NCBI RefSeq assembly: GCF_030684315.1 | Contig: NC_081369.1 | Location: forward strand, 13,616,035-13,680,034 | Length of the DNA: 64,000 nucleotides | Direction of reading: 5' to 3' | DNA from: Stegostoma tigrinum | Lineage: Eukaryota | Part shown: piece by piece, positions 39,069 through 52,110 of the stretch | Position numbering within the stretch: position 1 is the first letter of the stretch | Layout of the letters: each line of letters begins with the position of its first letter | The notes under the pieces: generated by a model | Told to the model about the DNA's origin: nothing | Database searches by the model: none | What the model saw: only the letters and a program-made list of their open reading frames with translations | Program-made: the position numbers and the translations under genes

Positions 39069-41679
39069 ACCGGTGGTGCTTTAACCTGACGGTCACCACA
39101 TCTCTGATGAAGGGAAAGGTTGGGAAGGAATGTTTTCAGTGGTAATCTTAGCCAGTGCAGGAATTTAATCCATGCTGTTGGAATCACAGACCAGCCATCC
39201 ACTCCGTTCAGTAGCTCTCAGTGGGCCCCCCCAACTCCATCCAATCCAAGTCTCTCAATCTGATACTCGGGGTCTTTGAATGAGAGACAACTCTGGGAGC
39301 CCACAAGGATGCACCCTTTCCCCCAACCTCACATCCTGATGGTGGGATAAAGTCATTGTGGGTGCTTTAATGGCTGCGATTGGAAGCTAGGTCAGAAAGC
39401 TGTTCAGGGGCTCCCCCACCACAACATTAATGGGGTGGAGGCAGATAGATGGCTGTGCTTCAACCCAAATAAATACCGCTCTGTCATCAAATTCACCATT
39501 GGAGATTGCATTCAGTTCTGCCACAAGAATTGGAATTAATCTAGGGGTGAGTGGTTAAAAGAAAGATTAACTGTTGGATGGTAAGAATAGAAGTCATGGT
39601 TAACAGGGCTATCTTAGCAGCAGATCATGTGCATCCTGCTGTTGGCAACACAATGAACACGCCTGCATTCTTTCAAGTGTTGTACAGTAGTAAATACAGT
39701 TTAAACACAATTAAAGATACAGTTACAGAACAAACAGACTGAATTGGGTGGGGATTATTTAGTAAAGGATCTGAGGATGATAATAGACACATAATTTTGA
39801 ATTATCTGAACAATATGAAATAAAATGGACTTAATAGAGTTTTGGCCTGAAATAGGCAGAATACTGGAATGTTAGTGGATAAAAATTGGGACCAAGGGCT
39901 TTTCAAATGTTGTGGTCAGATCCTATTTGGACTTTTGTTTTCTCTTCTGGTTATCAGAAAACAGAGAGTATTTTCTTACATTGGAGAGGACGCAGAGATG
40001 GCCAATAAGTCTGAACTCCAATTTTGAGGAGAAAACTGAGTGACACAAACTGATCACAGTCTAAAATGACATCGGAGAGATTATCGTCAAGGTGTATAAG
40101 ATGTTCAATATTTCAGACAAGGTGAGCCCACACAATAATCTCAAGCATGTAAGGAAGACTGCACCTAGAATACGCACATTAATATTCCATGTTGTTCTAC
40201 TTAAAGACAGCCATGAGGTAGAACATCTTGATTAAGGAGCAAGCAGAAAAAAATTAGAACATTCTTTCATACAGCAAAGTGAAAGCAAATGGAGCAGCCT
40301 AATATCACCCAGGTGCCGACATGTGCAATATGGTGAGAGTGATCTCGCAGATGCTCTGTGTAACGTAATCTGTGTACCACTGTCTAAGTTTTTATTGTCA
40401 CCCTATGGTCTGTATATCTTTGCGTACTATGGTCTGCCTGTAAATAAAGCTTTTAACTGTATTTAGTTACATGTGACAATTAATCAATCAAAATGTCTCA
40501 CTCACCATACTGTAACAATGAAGGGATCAGCAAGTTACATTTCACTGATCACAACTTGGGATGCTGGGTCAATGGGAAAAATGTCTTGAATGTTAAAATG
40601 TAATGGTGAATCTGTACAAACCTTATGAATATGCAGTTAGAGTGCTGGGTATTGTTTTAGCCTTTAGACTACAGAAAGAATGTTAATACAATGAGAAGTG
40701 TACAGACAAATTAGATGTACTATAGTAACTCATCAGTGCTCCCCTGACAACATCTTCCAACTCTAAATAATACCACCCACTTGATACATGCAAACACCAT
40801 CATCTGCAAAATCCCCTGTAAGACATCCAAGTCCTGGGACTCCCTTCCTACCTGCACTTTAGAGTTTCCCCTACACCACAACAAATATAACGCTTCAAGA
40901 TGGCATCTTAGCATTATTTTCTTAAGGGCAATTAGGAGTGGGTCAATAAATCTTGGTCCAACCAGCAGTGTTCATGTCCAGTGAACAAAGAAAAATATTT
41001 CATGAGGGTTCTTCCTGGAGTGGGCAAATGTAAATATGGAAACTTCAACAACTTGGGTCAAGGAAAACTGAAGTTCACACCTATCAAACCAGGACGTCCA
41101 AAACTTATTCCTTTAGCTTTCAATTTAAATCTTCTGATACTGAATTAAATGGCAATGATTGGGTTAAGAGATAAGTTAAAAATAATAAAACTCAAAAAGA
41201 AAACTACATTATTTTTAAAAATGGGAAATATTTCAATACTATGAAGAGATTGAATTTCCCAAATATAAAATTGACTTAGTTAGGGTTTGTGAGGTGTTTA
41301 ATGACAGTTATGAAGTTCAAACATCATTAAAAATGCACTTCAACTTCATTTCAGGTATAATTTTTTCAAAAGGCCTTTTCAATATGGTAACCTATCAAAG
41401 TGGATAGTTTCATTAAAGTATGGTTGTAATGCAGAACTCAGTATACTGCACCCTATGGAACTGACAGCAACTTCTTATTGTCCCAATTATTTCTTTCAGG
41501 CATAGGCTCCTGAAGTTGCTGTCAGTTTCAGTGGAGAAATGATGGCACACTTTGACAATTCCATTAGTATCAATACCACAGCAAAAACCAGCTCGTAGAA
41601 ACTGGATAAGGGATTTTGTTAACCAGAAAATCGTCTTCAGACTATTAAAATCCCAGCATTTGTGCAGAGTGGACTGCCA

Positions 41680-42470
41680 AGTGTGTGAGCCACTGTGACA
41701 TCCACAAAGACTAGAAGGAACATTGTTGCATTCAGTTAACCCTCCCTCCCCAATCTTAGGAAGAGGAGTTTAGGGGTTTCTGAGAACATGAGAGTCACAC
41801 CCAAAGTTGCTCACCGATCCCACCCTCACCAATGTGATGCCCTCCTGCAGGTCCCACTAATCCTGGCAGGGTCAGTGTTGCAAGGAAATGTGAGACACAA
41901 TAACAGGCCAAGAAATTCAGCAACAATTTGCATAACTGCCCATGAAACACTGCATTGATGAGGGGAATTCAGTGTTTGTAAGACATCACTAATCGTTGTA
42001 CTTATAAAAGCTCACACAAAACTTTACACACGAGTTCCTCAGAAAACGATTATGAAATCTCCAGTGTACTACACCACACACTTATATTCAGTACTTTCCA
42101 AACATTGCAGAAAATAGGATGATCTCATAACATTTGTGACTTCTAGCTCTGTGTTTGTTTAGCGTTTGGATTTCACTCAGGAAGGTAACATTGATGACAA
42201 TAAATTTAAAAAGTAGGATTACAATTCACATCCTAATATGTCATCCTGCCCTTAAACAGTGAAAATATATAGTTTAAAAACATAAATGAAGTGATATCAA
42301 CTCCTTACTTGTGAGTTCCTGATCCTAGACACTTGTGCATGAAAACACAACGCAGGGATTTTTTTGCGCTGAAAATTTGCCTAAACTGTCAACTTTGCAT
42401 AAATAACCCTGATTTCCTGGAATAGTGGAAACTAGATTTGTTATACAAATTTAATGTAAATGAACTGTCA
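41680..42470 (-). other. Copy 1 of a duplicated small transcription unit (promoter, non-coding exon, conserved core)
   Basis: Aligns by eye to 49225-50140. GAS site TTCCTGGAA 42414-42422; C/EBP-like TTGCCTAA 42377-42384 and TTGCATAA 42395-42402; minus-strand donor AA|GTAAGGAG at 42308; conserved core 41795-41887. The duplication is clear; the function is inferred. Confidence 0.6.
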
Positions 42471-42759
42471 CACATGACCAGCCAGAGCTGTTGATCTGGA
42501 CTTTGATTATTGGAGATGTCTCCCATTAATGGACCAAAAGAATATGAACAACCACTGAGCCAAATGAGAATTGGATAGACTTGGTTATTTTCTGATACCA
42601 TTAGGCATTTATGTGACTCATACAGTGAGACTACTTGAACTAGATATCAATATTGTAACTGTTTCAAAGGATCAGTTCAATGGTAAAAGTTCTGCAGAAA
42701 AACACAAACATTATTAAGAGTTTAATTGAATATAATGTATGAAACATGGAAACATATGC

Positions 42760-43985
42760 AATAAGGTTTGGCAAGGTGAACTAATTAGTAAAGTTAGATC
42801 CCATAGGATTTATGGTGACCTTGCCAATTGGATACAAAATTGGCTTTTGGAGAGGAGCCAAATGGTGGTGGTGGAAGGTTGTCTTTCAGACTGGAGATAT
42901 GTGACCAATGGTGTTCCACAGGGATCAGCACTGAGTCCACTTTTATTTGTCATTTATATAAATGATTTCGATGAGAATGTGGAAGGCATGGCTAGTACAT
43001 TTGCAGCTGACACCAAAATTCATAGTGTAGTGGACAGTCAAGAAGGCTATCTAAGATAACAAAGCATATTGATCAACTCAGTCAATGTGCTGACGAGTTG
43101 CAGATGGAGTTTAATTTGGATAAATGCGACATGTTGCATTTTGGTTAAAAAAAACAAAGGAAGGTCTTACACAATTAATGGTAGGGCCTTGGTAGTGTTA
43201 TAGAACAGAGAGGCTCAGGAGTTCAGGTATGTAATTCTTTGTAATTGTGTCACGGGTAGACAGGGTCATTAAGAAGGTGTTTAGCATGCCTGCCTTCATT
43301 GCACAGGCATTTGATTTTAGGATAACAAGGTGTGGAGCTGGAGGAACACCGCAGGCCAAGCAGCATCAGAGGAGCAGGAAAGCTAACGTCTCGGGTCAGG
43401 ACCCATGCTGAGGTTGTGCAGGACATTGACGAGGCCTCCTCTGGAGTTTTATGTGCAGTTCTGGTTGCCCTGTTATAGGAAGGATGCGATTAAACTGGGA
43501 GGGTTCAGAAAAGATTTACGAGGAAGTTGCTGGGAATGGAGAGTTTGAGATATAAAAATAGGCTAGAAAGACTGGGACTTTTTTTCTGGACTGTTGAAGG
43601 TTGAGGGGTGACCTTATTGAGATTTATTAAATCATGCAGGGCATATATAAGGTGAATGATGAGAGTATTTGCCCTAGGGTGGGGGAGTTCAAATCTAGAG
43701 GGCATATTTTTAAGATGAGTGGAAAAAGATTTAAACAGGGTGTGGGGGGCAACTTTTTTACACAAAAAGTGGTTTGTGTGTGGAATGAGCTGCCAGAGGA
43801 AGTGGTCGATGCAGGTATGGTTACAATGTTTAAAAGACATTTACAGAAGTACACGAATAGGAAAGGTTTAGAGGGATGAGGATGTCAAACATTAGCAGGT
43901 GCGGCTGGTTCAGTTCGGGAACAAGGTTGGAATGGACTGTTTGGACCAGAGTCTGTTTCCATGCTGTATGACTATGACTCTAAGA
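42760..43985 (+). mobile_element. CR1 LINE 3' ~1.2 kb
   Basis: VTNGVPQGSALSPLLFVIYINDFD..FAADTKI; tail tatgactatgactcta. Confidence 0.88.
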
Positions 43986-45502
43986 GCAGAAGTAGGCCAC
44001 TCAGCCTCTCAGGCCTGGTCTGCCAATCATGATTATCACAGTTGATCAGTTTGTGTTTTGAATTCTACATTTCTTGCTACTCCATTGATTTCCCATGGCC
44101 TGATAAGAATCTGTTGCCTTAGTGTTAAAAATATTCAATGGCGCCACCCTATCCCATCATCCGAGGCAGGGAGAAAGAAGTCTCTGGGCACTCCTTGTTA
44201 TCAGCTAAACATATCTGAAGGGATGCCTGAGACCTAATGGAACAAAGAAATAAATGACCAATCTAGGCATTTGAATCAACCTGTTCAGGCACACCTCTGG
44301 AGCAAGTGGGACTTGAATGCAGGTCTCCTGGCCCAGAAGGAGGGACATTACCTCTGTACTGCAAGTGCCCCTCAGCTAATAATTACATTAGTTAAGAGTT
44401 AATTGGGTGTGAGTTGTTTGAATAACTATGAGAATTCGTAATCAGTGGGGTGAGAGGTTATTGGATTATGGCTAATTGGAATAAAAATCTCACTAAAAAT
44501 GTGGCCTCAAATTCTGCTTAAATACAGTAATCTTCTAGTGTATAAGATTAGTTGCCGTCATTGCTGCACAGTACCAGTGCTCAAAGGGATGTGTAGGTTC
44601 TCTTGGCCAAAATCCTGCAATAGAAGCCATCAACAAAAAACAGACTAGTCATAACACATTCTATAGTGCAAACAAAGAAGAGCTACATGCTCTGGTATGT
44701 CTCTTCACTGCCTGTCCTGCTGATGGTTTTGCCTGGCTTGAGGCTCCTCTATTGTCGCCACAATAGCTGCTGAATTTCACTTAGATACCTTTCTGAGCAG
44801 CTCTGGGCCTCTGGGTTGTGATTTTAGACTGTATCACCTCAGCATTGGCTACACAGTCTGGTCTGGCTAGCTGAGAGGCTGCAGCAGGAGCATCGTTGGA
44901 GTTGCTGGAATGGGAGCACAGTCAATCTTACAAACCCGAAAAAGTTAGTGTATCACAGAATGACTGGCATTTCAGACACCTCAGTGATTTTAATGTCTGC
45001 TCAAGAACTCCCCTTTGAGCACTGATATCTGCAGTCATGTTAGCATAAGTAACCAGAGACAACAATTTAATAACAACCAAATGTGCTGAATTTGGTGATA
45101 CAGAGGCATAAATATTAGCCAGAAAACTAAAGGAAACTCACTGTATTTTTATACATAGTGGTAGGGAGTACAACTATTTTTTTTTCATTTATTCTTGGGC
45201 TGTGGGCATCACTGACCTGGCGAGTAATTAGTGCCCATCCCTGGTTGCCCTTGAGAAGGTCACAAGCTGCCCTCTTGAACCACTGCAGCCCATTGCTGTT
45301 AGAAGAGGAGGTTCCAGGATTTTGACCCAGCGACAGTGAAGGAACGGTGATGCATTTCCATGTAGAGATGGTGAGCAGCTTGGAGGGGATGTTTCAGGTG
45401 GTGATATTCACATGTATCTACTGCCTTTGTCTTTCTAGATGGAAGCTGAGATGGGTTTGGAAGGTGCTGTCTAAGGATCTTTGGTGAATTTGTACAGTGA
45501 AT

Positions 45503-46567
45503 TGTAAAGAATGTGTCTGTTATTTTTTCAGTATTTTTAATGGTGGACTAAAAAGGCTCTGTGTTGAAGGATTGCTGTATATTTTTGAAGCAAGTAACTT
45601 GGCACTTATTGTGAGAACTATTTACACAGCAGCTGGTTCAAGCAGCAGTAGGAGAAGGTGCAGACCAGTTGAGGATCAGCAGTGTATAAGAATTGAGATG
45701 GAGGTTGAGCCGATAACAAGTAGGTGTTTGTTCTGTGGACAGGTGACCAGTTATTTGTATTAAAGGCCTTCTTCCTGCCAACAGCAATGTGATTAGTTCT
45801 AAGGAACAAAAACAAAGTTTCTGGAAAAGCTCAGCAGGTCTGGCAGCATCTGTGAAGGAAAAAACAGAGTTAATGTTTCAGGTTCGGTGACCCTTCCTCA
45901 GTTCTCTGATCAGATCTCAGGTGGTTGAACAGCGTGGGACCATGAACAAGATACAGAGAAATCACCAGATCTCCACCAACCCAAAATCTCTCTCTGTTCT
46001 CTGCAGCAAAACCAACCTTAAGCCTGAAAAAACTGACTTATTTTATCTTCTGCAGTTGCTATTGTAATTAATGAGTTAGGGAACATCTATAAGTATGAAC
46101 CATCCAATCTGTGCCTTCTGTAAAGGAGTGAAAGTATTCAGAGAAGGAAGACTGAGAAGCAATATTCTCATCCGCGCAAGAATCATCTCAGCAATCTTGA
46201 GAACAGGAAACATTGAACCGCCTTCCCTGTCTTTCTCTCCACCTATAACACCCAGGTTTGTTTTCCCTTGTTTATGTCAGTGTGTGTATGTGTATAAGGG
46301 AGAGTTAATAAAGGGATCAGTGTTTTCACCCATGGAATTATTTGCTGATGGTTCATCATTGTTTGTCTGCAGCTAGAGCCTATTTCTTGGTAATAAATAA
46401 TAATTCTTGTTAAGTACAGAAACCTAGACCATGCATTATGCCAATCTGGGTCTAAAGGCAGGTACACTGAGGAATTCAGCGTACTTTTAAAAAATCTTTT
46501 CACTTTTTGATAACCCCTGGAATAGTGGGGCGCGATTTTCAGTCAACTACCCCAGTGTGGCATAGCA
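45503..46567. mobile_element. Probable solo LTR inserted in an older repeat; contains a PLE-terminus fragment (~45805-45905)
   Basis: TG...CA termini, flanks gaat/gcat, and the host repeat reads through when the insert is removed. Confidence 0.45.
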
Positions 46568-48360
46568 GCATCTTGTAGACATGCAAGATTTCCAGATTGC
46601 TGCTACTGAGTGTCAGTAGTGGAGGGAATGGATACTTTGAATGTAATGCCAATCATGTGTCCACTCTGTCTGCTATGCTGACATCGTTGTTTAACACCAG
46701 AATCTTCTGATTTGTCTTGATTTTTGTTTCAGTCTTTATTTTCTGCAGTTTTCTTCCAAGACAAAGAAGAACAGAAACTGACCTTTACTCATATCTTGTT
46801 GCAAGCATTTTGCTCCCGCCCAGTGTTGTTATAACATTGCCATTGGGGTAAGCAGCAAGTTCACAAAATTAACATGAGCCCAGCATGAACTGAGCAGCTT
46901 CATATCGCTTTGAAATTTGAACAATTTGACTCTTTTCATGCCAGATCTGATTTTGATGTCCTTGGACAGACTGGAGTTTGTCTGAGAAGGGTGGGACATA
47001 ATTTAAATTTAATTTTGAGGTGGAGGACCTTTCACTAAGACTCTGTCAGTCATTAATTTTAAGGATTTAGTGTCTCATCCAAAGGACACAGCTCCAAGCC
47101 ACCAGACTTGGCATTGTGTACTTAATGTCCAGAGGGAGACTTGAACTCACAACCTTTTGGGGACTCAGAGGCTTAAAGATTACTCACGGAGCTATGGCAG
47201 TTATTAGTTAGCTATCTAATCCATTTTCCAATCTGTCACATGTTGCCTGTTTAATTGGCTCCACATTTTAATTACCAATCACAGCCTGAGATCAGAAGCC
47301 GGGCAGATGAGTTAGCCTTCAAGACCGTAGTAACATAAGGCAGAGGTAAGCCATTCAGCCCATCACGTCTGCTCCACTATTCAATGAGGTCATGGCTGAT
47401 CTAACTATCCTCAACTCCACTTTCTTGTTTTTTTTCCCTACAACCCTTGATTCTCTTACTGATTGGAAATCTATCTATCTCAGGCTTCAATGTGCACAAT
47501 TATCCAGCTTCAACAGCCCCCTGCAGTGAAGAATTCCACAGATTCACTATTGTCTGAAAGAAGAAATTCTTCCTCATCTCTGGGTTAAATGAGTGACCCC
47601 TTACTTTGTGAGTATGCCCTCTGACCCTAGACTGTCCTGCAAGTCCCTGTCTAAGCTGTCAAGACCCCTTAGAATGTGGGATTTTTCAATAATGCTGCCT
47701 TTCATTGTTCTAATCTTGTTTTGAGGAGACCAGCATGGAAAGAGTTAGAGACCAGCTGACCATCCAGAGAGGGGGAGGAAGAAAGCAACCTGGCAGACCT
47801 AGAGACAGAGCCACAGAGAGAGCAACTGTGTAAATTTACAAGAGACTTGAGAAGTGTTGAAACCATAAGCGGCCAAATAGGATAGGGATTTTATGTTTAG
47901 TATTAAAAATTATTGTAATTTTGTTCCTACTGAAGTGGGAATGTTTTGCTTTGCTACCGGCTTGTATTTGTATTAGTTTGACTGCTTTGGTGTTGTGGGA
48001 CACCTGGGCAAATTCATTCATGACATTCTGGTGGTAGTTGTCTGCAACTTGTTTAAAGAGGAACCAGACAACACTGCATAGAACATTTGTCACCTCAATC
48101 GAATGCGATGGACATAAGCAACCAGATACACTGTTATAACCACAGACACATCTGCACAGCCGCACAAGCTGTTCCTTTGCTGCAGGTGGCTGATCAGGAA
48201 GATGTAAGCTCACAATCTGCGCTGGCTCCAAACTGACCACCAATCTGAGAGTGCCCCAATTCCTCAACAACACAGCGAGACAGCAGCAAATACCATGGCA
48301 ACATGAGGGTGACCCTCCATGGAGAAAGAACATCACCCAGATGAACAGGCAATGCTGACA

Positions 48361-48650
48361 GGCCTCACAGCGCCAGGGACCCGGATTCGATTCCAGCCTC
48401 GGGTAACTGTCTGTGCCGAGTTTGCACGTTCTCCCCGTGTCTGAGTGGGTTTCTTCCAGGTGCTCCGGTTTCCTCCCACAGTCCAAAGATGTGCAGGCTA
48501 GGTGGATCGGCCATGCTAAATTGCCCCACAGTGTTCAGGGATGTGTGGGTTATAGTGGGATGGGTCTGGGTGGGATGCTGCAAGGGGCGGTGTGGGCTTG
48601 TTGGGCCGAAGGGCCTGTTTCCACACTGTAGGGAATCTAATCTAATCTAG
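48361..48650 (+). mobile_element. HE1-type V-SINE, 5' truncated
   Basis: B-box region, V core, tail (tctaa)n. Confidence 0.88.
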
Positions 48651-49355
48651 TATTATCAGACAAACACAAAATTGTGCGTACAATGTATGTGCAACGAGTG
48701 ATAAGAAATCGCTAAAATAGATGAACAGTTATACAATTAATGAGTAACTTGGGTAACTGACTGAAAACTATCGTGCTTCCAAATTCATTTTAAGTCAAAA
48801 AAGCGATGTTGGACTGGAAATGCAATACTATATGAATGTGCTTTTGGGCTTATCACAGTCACAAGATCTCTGCTCAGGAGGGTCTCACAGCAGACAGCCA
48901 TCTCACAAGCAGTTTGAATAAACAGAGGGTAACAAAATTACTCCCTTCAACATAAAACATGACCCTACTCAGACCCTTATCATTTTTCAGATGCAGATAT
49001 CAAACTAGTCAGATGTATACCAGAGGAGATTAGGAACATAGAGAGTGATCTTGGAATTTTAATTCCAATTAGTCAGGCTGCCCAGTGTTTCCATAGGTTT
49101 TCTACAGGGAGTCTCAACCAACTAATCTCAGGCCAGAACATACAAACCATAAACCTATGATGGAAATTTACATATCTGGGAAATTCACTCCTGATCTGGA
49201 AACAGGACCGAACCTTCGTGCAGACTGTTTGAGTGAGTCATATCAGCATCCACAGAGAGTAGAAGGAGTATTACTGAGTTCATACAGTCCTCACTCCAAA
49301 TTTAAACAGGGCAGTGTAGGAGCTTCTGAAAACACAGAGCAGGAAGGCACCAGGT

Positions 49356-49493
49356 TTACACCCAAAGCTGTGCACCAATCCCACCTCCACCAACGTGATG
49401 TCCTCCTGCAGGTCCCACTAACCCTGGCAGGGTCAGTGTTGGAAGGAACTGTGAAGCACGATAACAGACCAAGAAATCTGCACAGCTATCCAT
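49356..49493 (-). CDS. Candidate 45-aa micropeptide MDSCADFLVCYRASQFLPTLTLPGLVGPAGGHHVGGGGIGAQLWV
   Basis: Complete ATG-TAA ORF. The last 30 codons and stop align without indels to copy 1 (FLATLTLPGLVGPAGGHHIGEGGIGEQLWV*), with several synonymous changes and a TAA/TGA stop swap. In copy 1 the equivalent ATG is out of frame because of an 11-nt indel. Confidence 0.3.
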   Translation of the reverse strand: MDSCADFLVCYRASQFLPTLTLPGLVGPAGGHHVGGGGIGAQLWV

Positions 49494-49665
49494 GAAACAG
49501 TGCACAGACAAAGGTTCATAAAATACTTCACAAGGAATGTTCTCCTCATGTAATTATGAAATTTCCATTGCATCAAACCACATATTTATATTCAGAAATT
49601 TGCAAAAGGCAGGAAAATATGCAATTACCCTTAGCATTCCACACACAACATATAGTGCTGTTCAG

Positions 49666-49822
49666 AGATAGGAACTGCCAATGCTGGAGTCAAAAAGAGC
49701 ACAGTGTGGAGCTAGAGGAGCACAGCAGTCCAGGAGCATCAGAGGAACAGGAAAGTTAATGTTTCAGGTCAGGACCCTTTTTTACCCGAAACATACGTTC
49801 CTGCCCCTCTGATGCTGCCTAG
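49666..49822. mobile_element. Short palindromic PLE-terminus derivative with 17-bp TSD
   Basis: cata(t/c)agtgctgttcag at 49649-49665 and 49823-49839; absent from the paralogous copy-1 site. Confidence 0.8.
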
Positions 49823-50219
49823 CATACAGTGCTGTTCAGTTTCTTTCAGGAATACTAGGTCAATGACAATATATTAAAACCAGAAGGTTTACAATTCACC
49901 ATCTACTTTGTCAACCTGGATTTAAATGGTAAAAATGCACAGATTAAAAACATGAATAGAATAATACCAACTCCTTACCTGTGGGTTGCTGGTCTTGTTT
50001 GTAAACTGACGCACAATGTAGGATTCTATATGTGCTAGAAATTTGCCTATGCAGTTACTTTTGCATTGGTAAGCAGATTTGTTGATTTCCTGGAACAATG
50101 GGAGCTGGGGTTTGTGTGCATCTGCCTCATTTAAATGAAGATATGGAAAAAAGTGGCATTTTCATTCAATTTCTGATTTGGGCAAAGACCAGCATGAAAT
50201 GTTACCTGTTGATGGATGG

Positions 50220-50560
50220 GATGGTGGCTCAGTGATTAGCACTGCTGCCTCTCAGCGCCAGGGACCTGGATTTGATTCCAGCCTCGGGTGACTGTCTGTG
50301 TGGAGCTTGCACATTCTCCCCACTGTCTGCATGGTTTTCCACTGGGTGCTCCAGCTTCCTCCTATTGTCTAAAAGTGAGCAGGTTAGGTGGATTGCCATT
50401 GCTAAAAATTGCCCCGTAGTGTCCAGGATGCGCAGGTTTGTTGATTTAGCCATGGTAAAATCTGGTGCAGGGTTGGGTGGTGGTATGATGCTCTTTGGAA
50501 AGTCAATGCAGACTCAAGGGGGCTGAATGGCCTCTTTCTACCCTGTAGGAATTCTATAAT
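50220..50560 (+). mobile_element. HE1-type V-SINE
   Basis: ggtggctcagtgattagcactgctgcc head and V core. Confidence 0.88.
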
Positions 50561-50704
50561 ATGGGGAAATGTTGGGTCAAGTAAGAGGTGAAACCCAATA
50601 TGTCAAAGGCAGTACCATCTTCTGATGTTTTTGATCACGAAGGTAACTGATGAAGTGATACTTGGGCCAAATGTCAATGTTGTGACAGTTTCAGAGGAGC
50701 ATTC

Positions 50705-50707
<3 letters not shown>

Positions 50708-50781
<74 letters not shown>

Positions 50782-50790
50782 GGGGGGGGG
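50708..50790. repeat. (TG)36 microsatellite followed by a G run
   Basis: Directly visible. Confidence 0.98.
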
Positions 50791-51811
50791 TGTAGATAGA
50801 GGGTGATGTTGGGGTTGTGGGGTGTGAGGCGAAGCATTATACACAGAACTAATGCGGATATAAATCCTCATTAAAAGGATATTTACAAACACAGCCTTCT
50901 GACTATTTCTTATGCGAGCAATCTCCAGTTAAGAAATGCCTCTTTCTCCTCCACACCACTGACAAACCACAAAGTTCAACTTAATGCTTCCAAAGGCCAG
51001 TCTCCACTTTTGACTACCCACAAACTGCACCTCTATATTTCCATTGTTATTCCAAGTACATGTTGCCTTTCAACTATTATTTTCCTGATATCTTAGGCTT
51101 GCAAAATGCATAAACTTGTTGGATATATGAAAGAACATAAAGCAATAGTCAAAGATAATGGGAACTGTAGATGCTGGACAATCCGAGATAACAAAGTGCT
51201 TTACAGGTACAAAATTTCTGTGGCTTGCAGCTGCTCCTGCTGAGTGATCTGTTGTCATGCTGTGCTACACTTGTCAGTCTTGTAGCACCAGTATACAGCC
51301 TCTGTAGCTTATCTGCAACTCCTTTGTGACATTTGTCATCCAACTACACTGACAATGCTGCCTTTCCCTGCTGCCCCCCACTTTATACTCTGATAGAGAT
51401 CGCTGTATTTTTTTAGATTTGATCCAATGGCCAACATATTGATATTTTCTTTTCTGTTTGTAACATTCAACATTTTTTTGGCCCCTGTCAATTTCCAGCT
51501 GGTTTATCTAATGGTCAACATAAGGAATTTTTAGCATACGTCTTTGCATTGACATTTCAAAGGCCTTTATTATCTTCCACAGATCTTACCTATTGTCCTT
51601 TCTCTGTCATGTGCAGGAGAGTAGCTGGAAAGTCACATCTGATGAGTTTGAGGTGAATGGTGTCAGGTGGCAGATGTTAGCAGGACAGAGATAGACGGAA
51701 GCTATTTTGAGAAGGTGACAAATGTGAGAATAACAAGGAAAGTTAAACATGTAAGAAGGAAAAGAAAACTCGTAACAATTTACGGAATTCCACAACATGT
51801 TGCACAAAGCA

Positions 51812-52110
51812 ACAGGTGGCTCAGTGGTCAGCACTGCTGCCTCACAGTGTGAGGGACCCAGGTTCAATTCTACCCTCAGGCAACTGTCTGTGTGGAGTTT
51901 GCAAATTCTCCCCATGTCTGTATGGGTTTCCTCCCACAGTCCAAAGATGTGCAGACTGGGTGATCTGGCCATGCTAAATTGCCTGTAGTGTTCAGGGATG
52001 TGTAGATTTGGTGGGTTATAGGGGGATGGGTCTGTGTGGTGTGCTCTGAGGGCTGGTGCGAACTTGTTGGGCCAAAGGGCCTGTTTCCATACTGTAAGGG
52101 ATTCTATGAA
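51812..52110 (+). mobile_element. HE1-type V-SINE
   Basis: Head, V core with an internal deletion, tail. Confidence 0.88.

Larger units (their letters stand above)
49225..50140 (-). other. Copy 2 of the duplicated small transcription unit
   Basis: GAS site TTCCTGGAA 50087-50095; donor AG|GTAAGGAG at 49978; core 49356-49448. Interrupted by a fold-back insertion (49666-49822) that copy 1 lacks. Confidence 0.6.

Noticed and set aside
47836-48486. 216-aa minus-strand ORF
   Set aside because: Starts inside an HE1 SINE; no recognisable domain or convincing exon boundaries.
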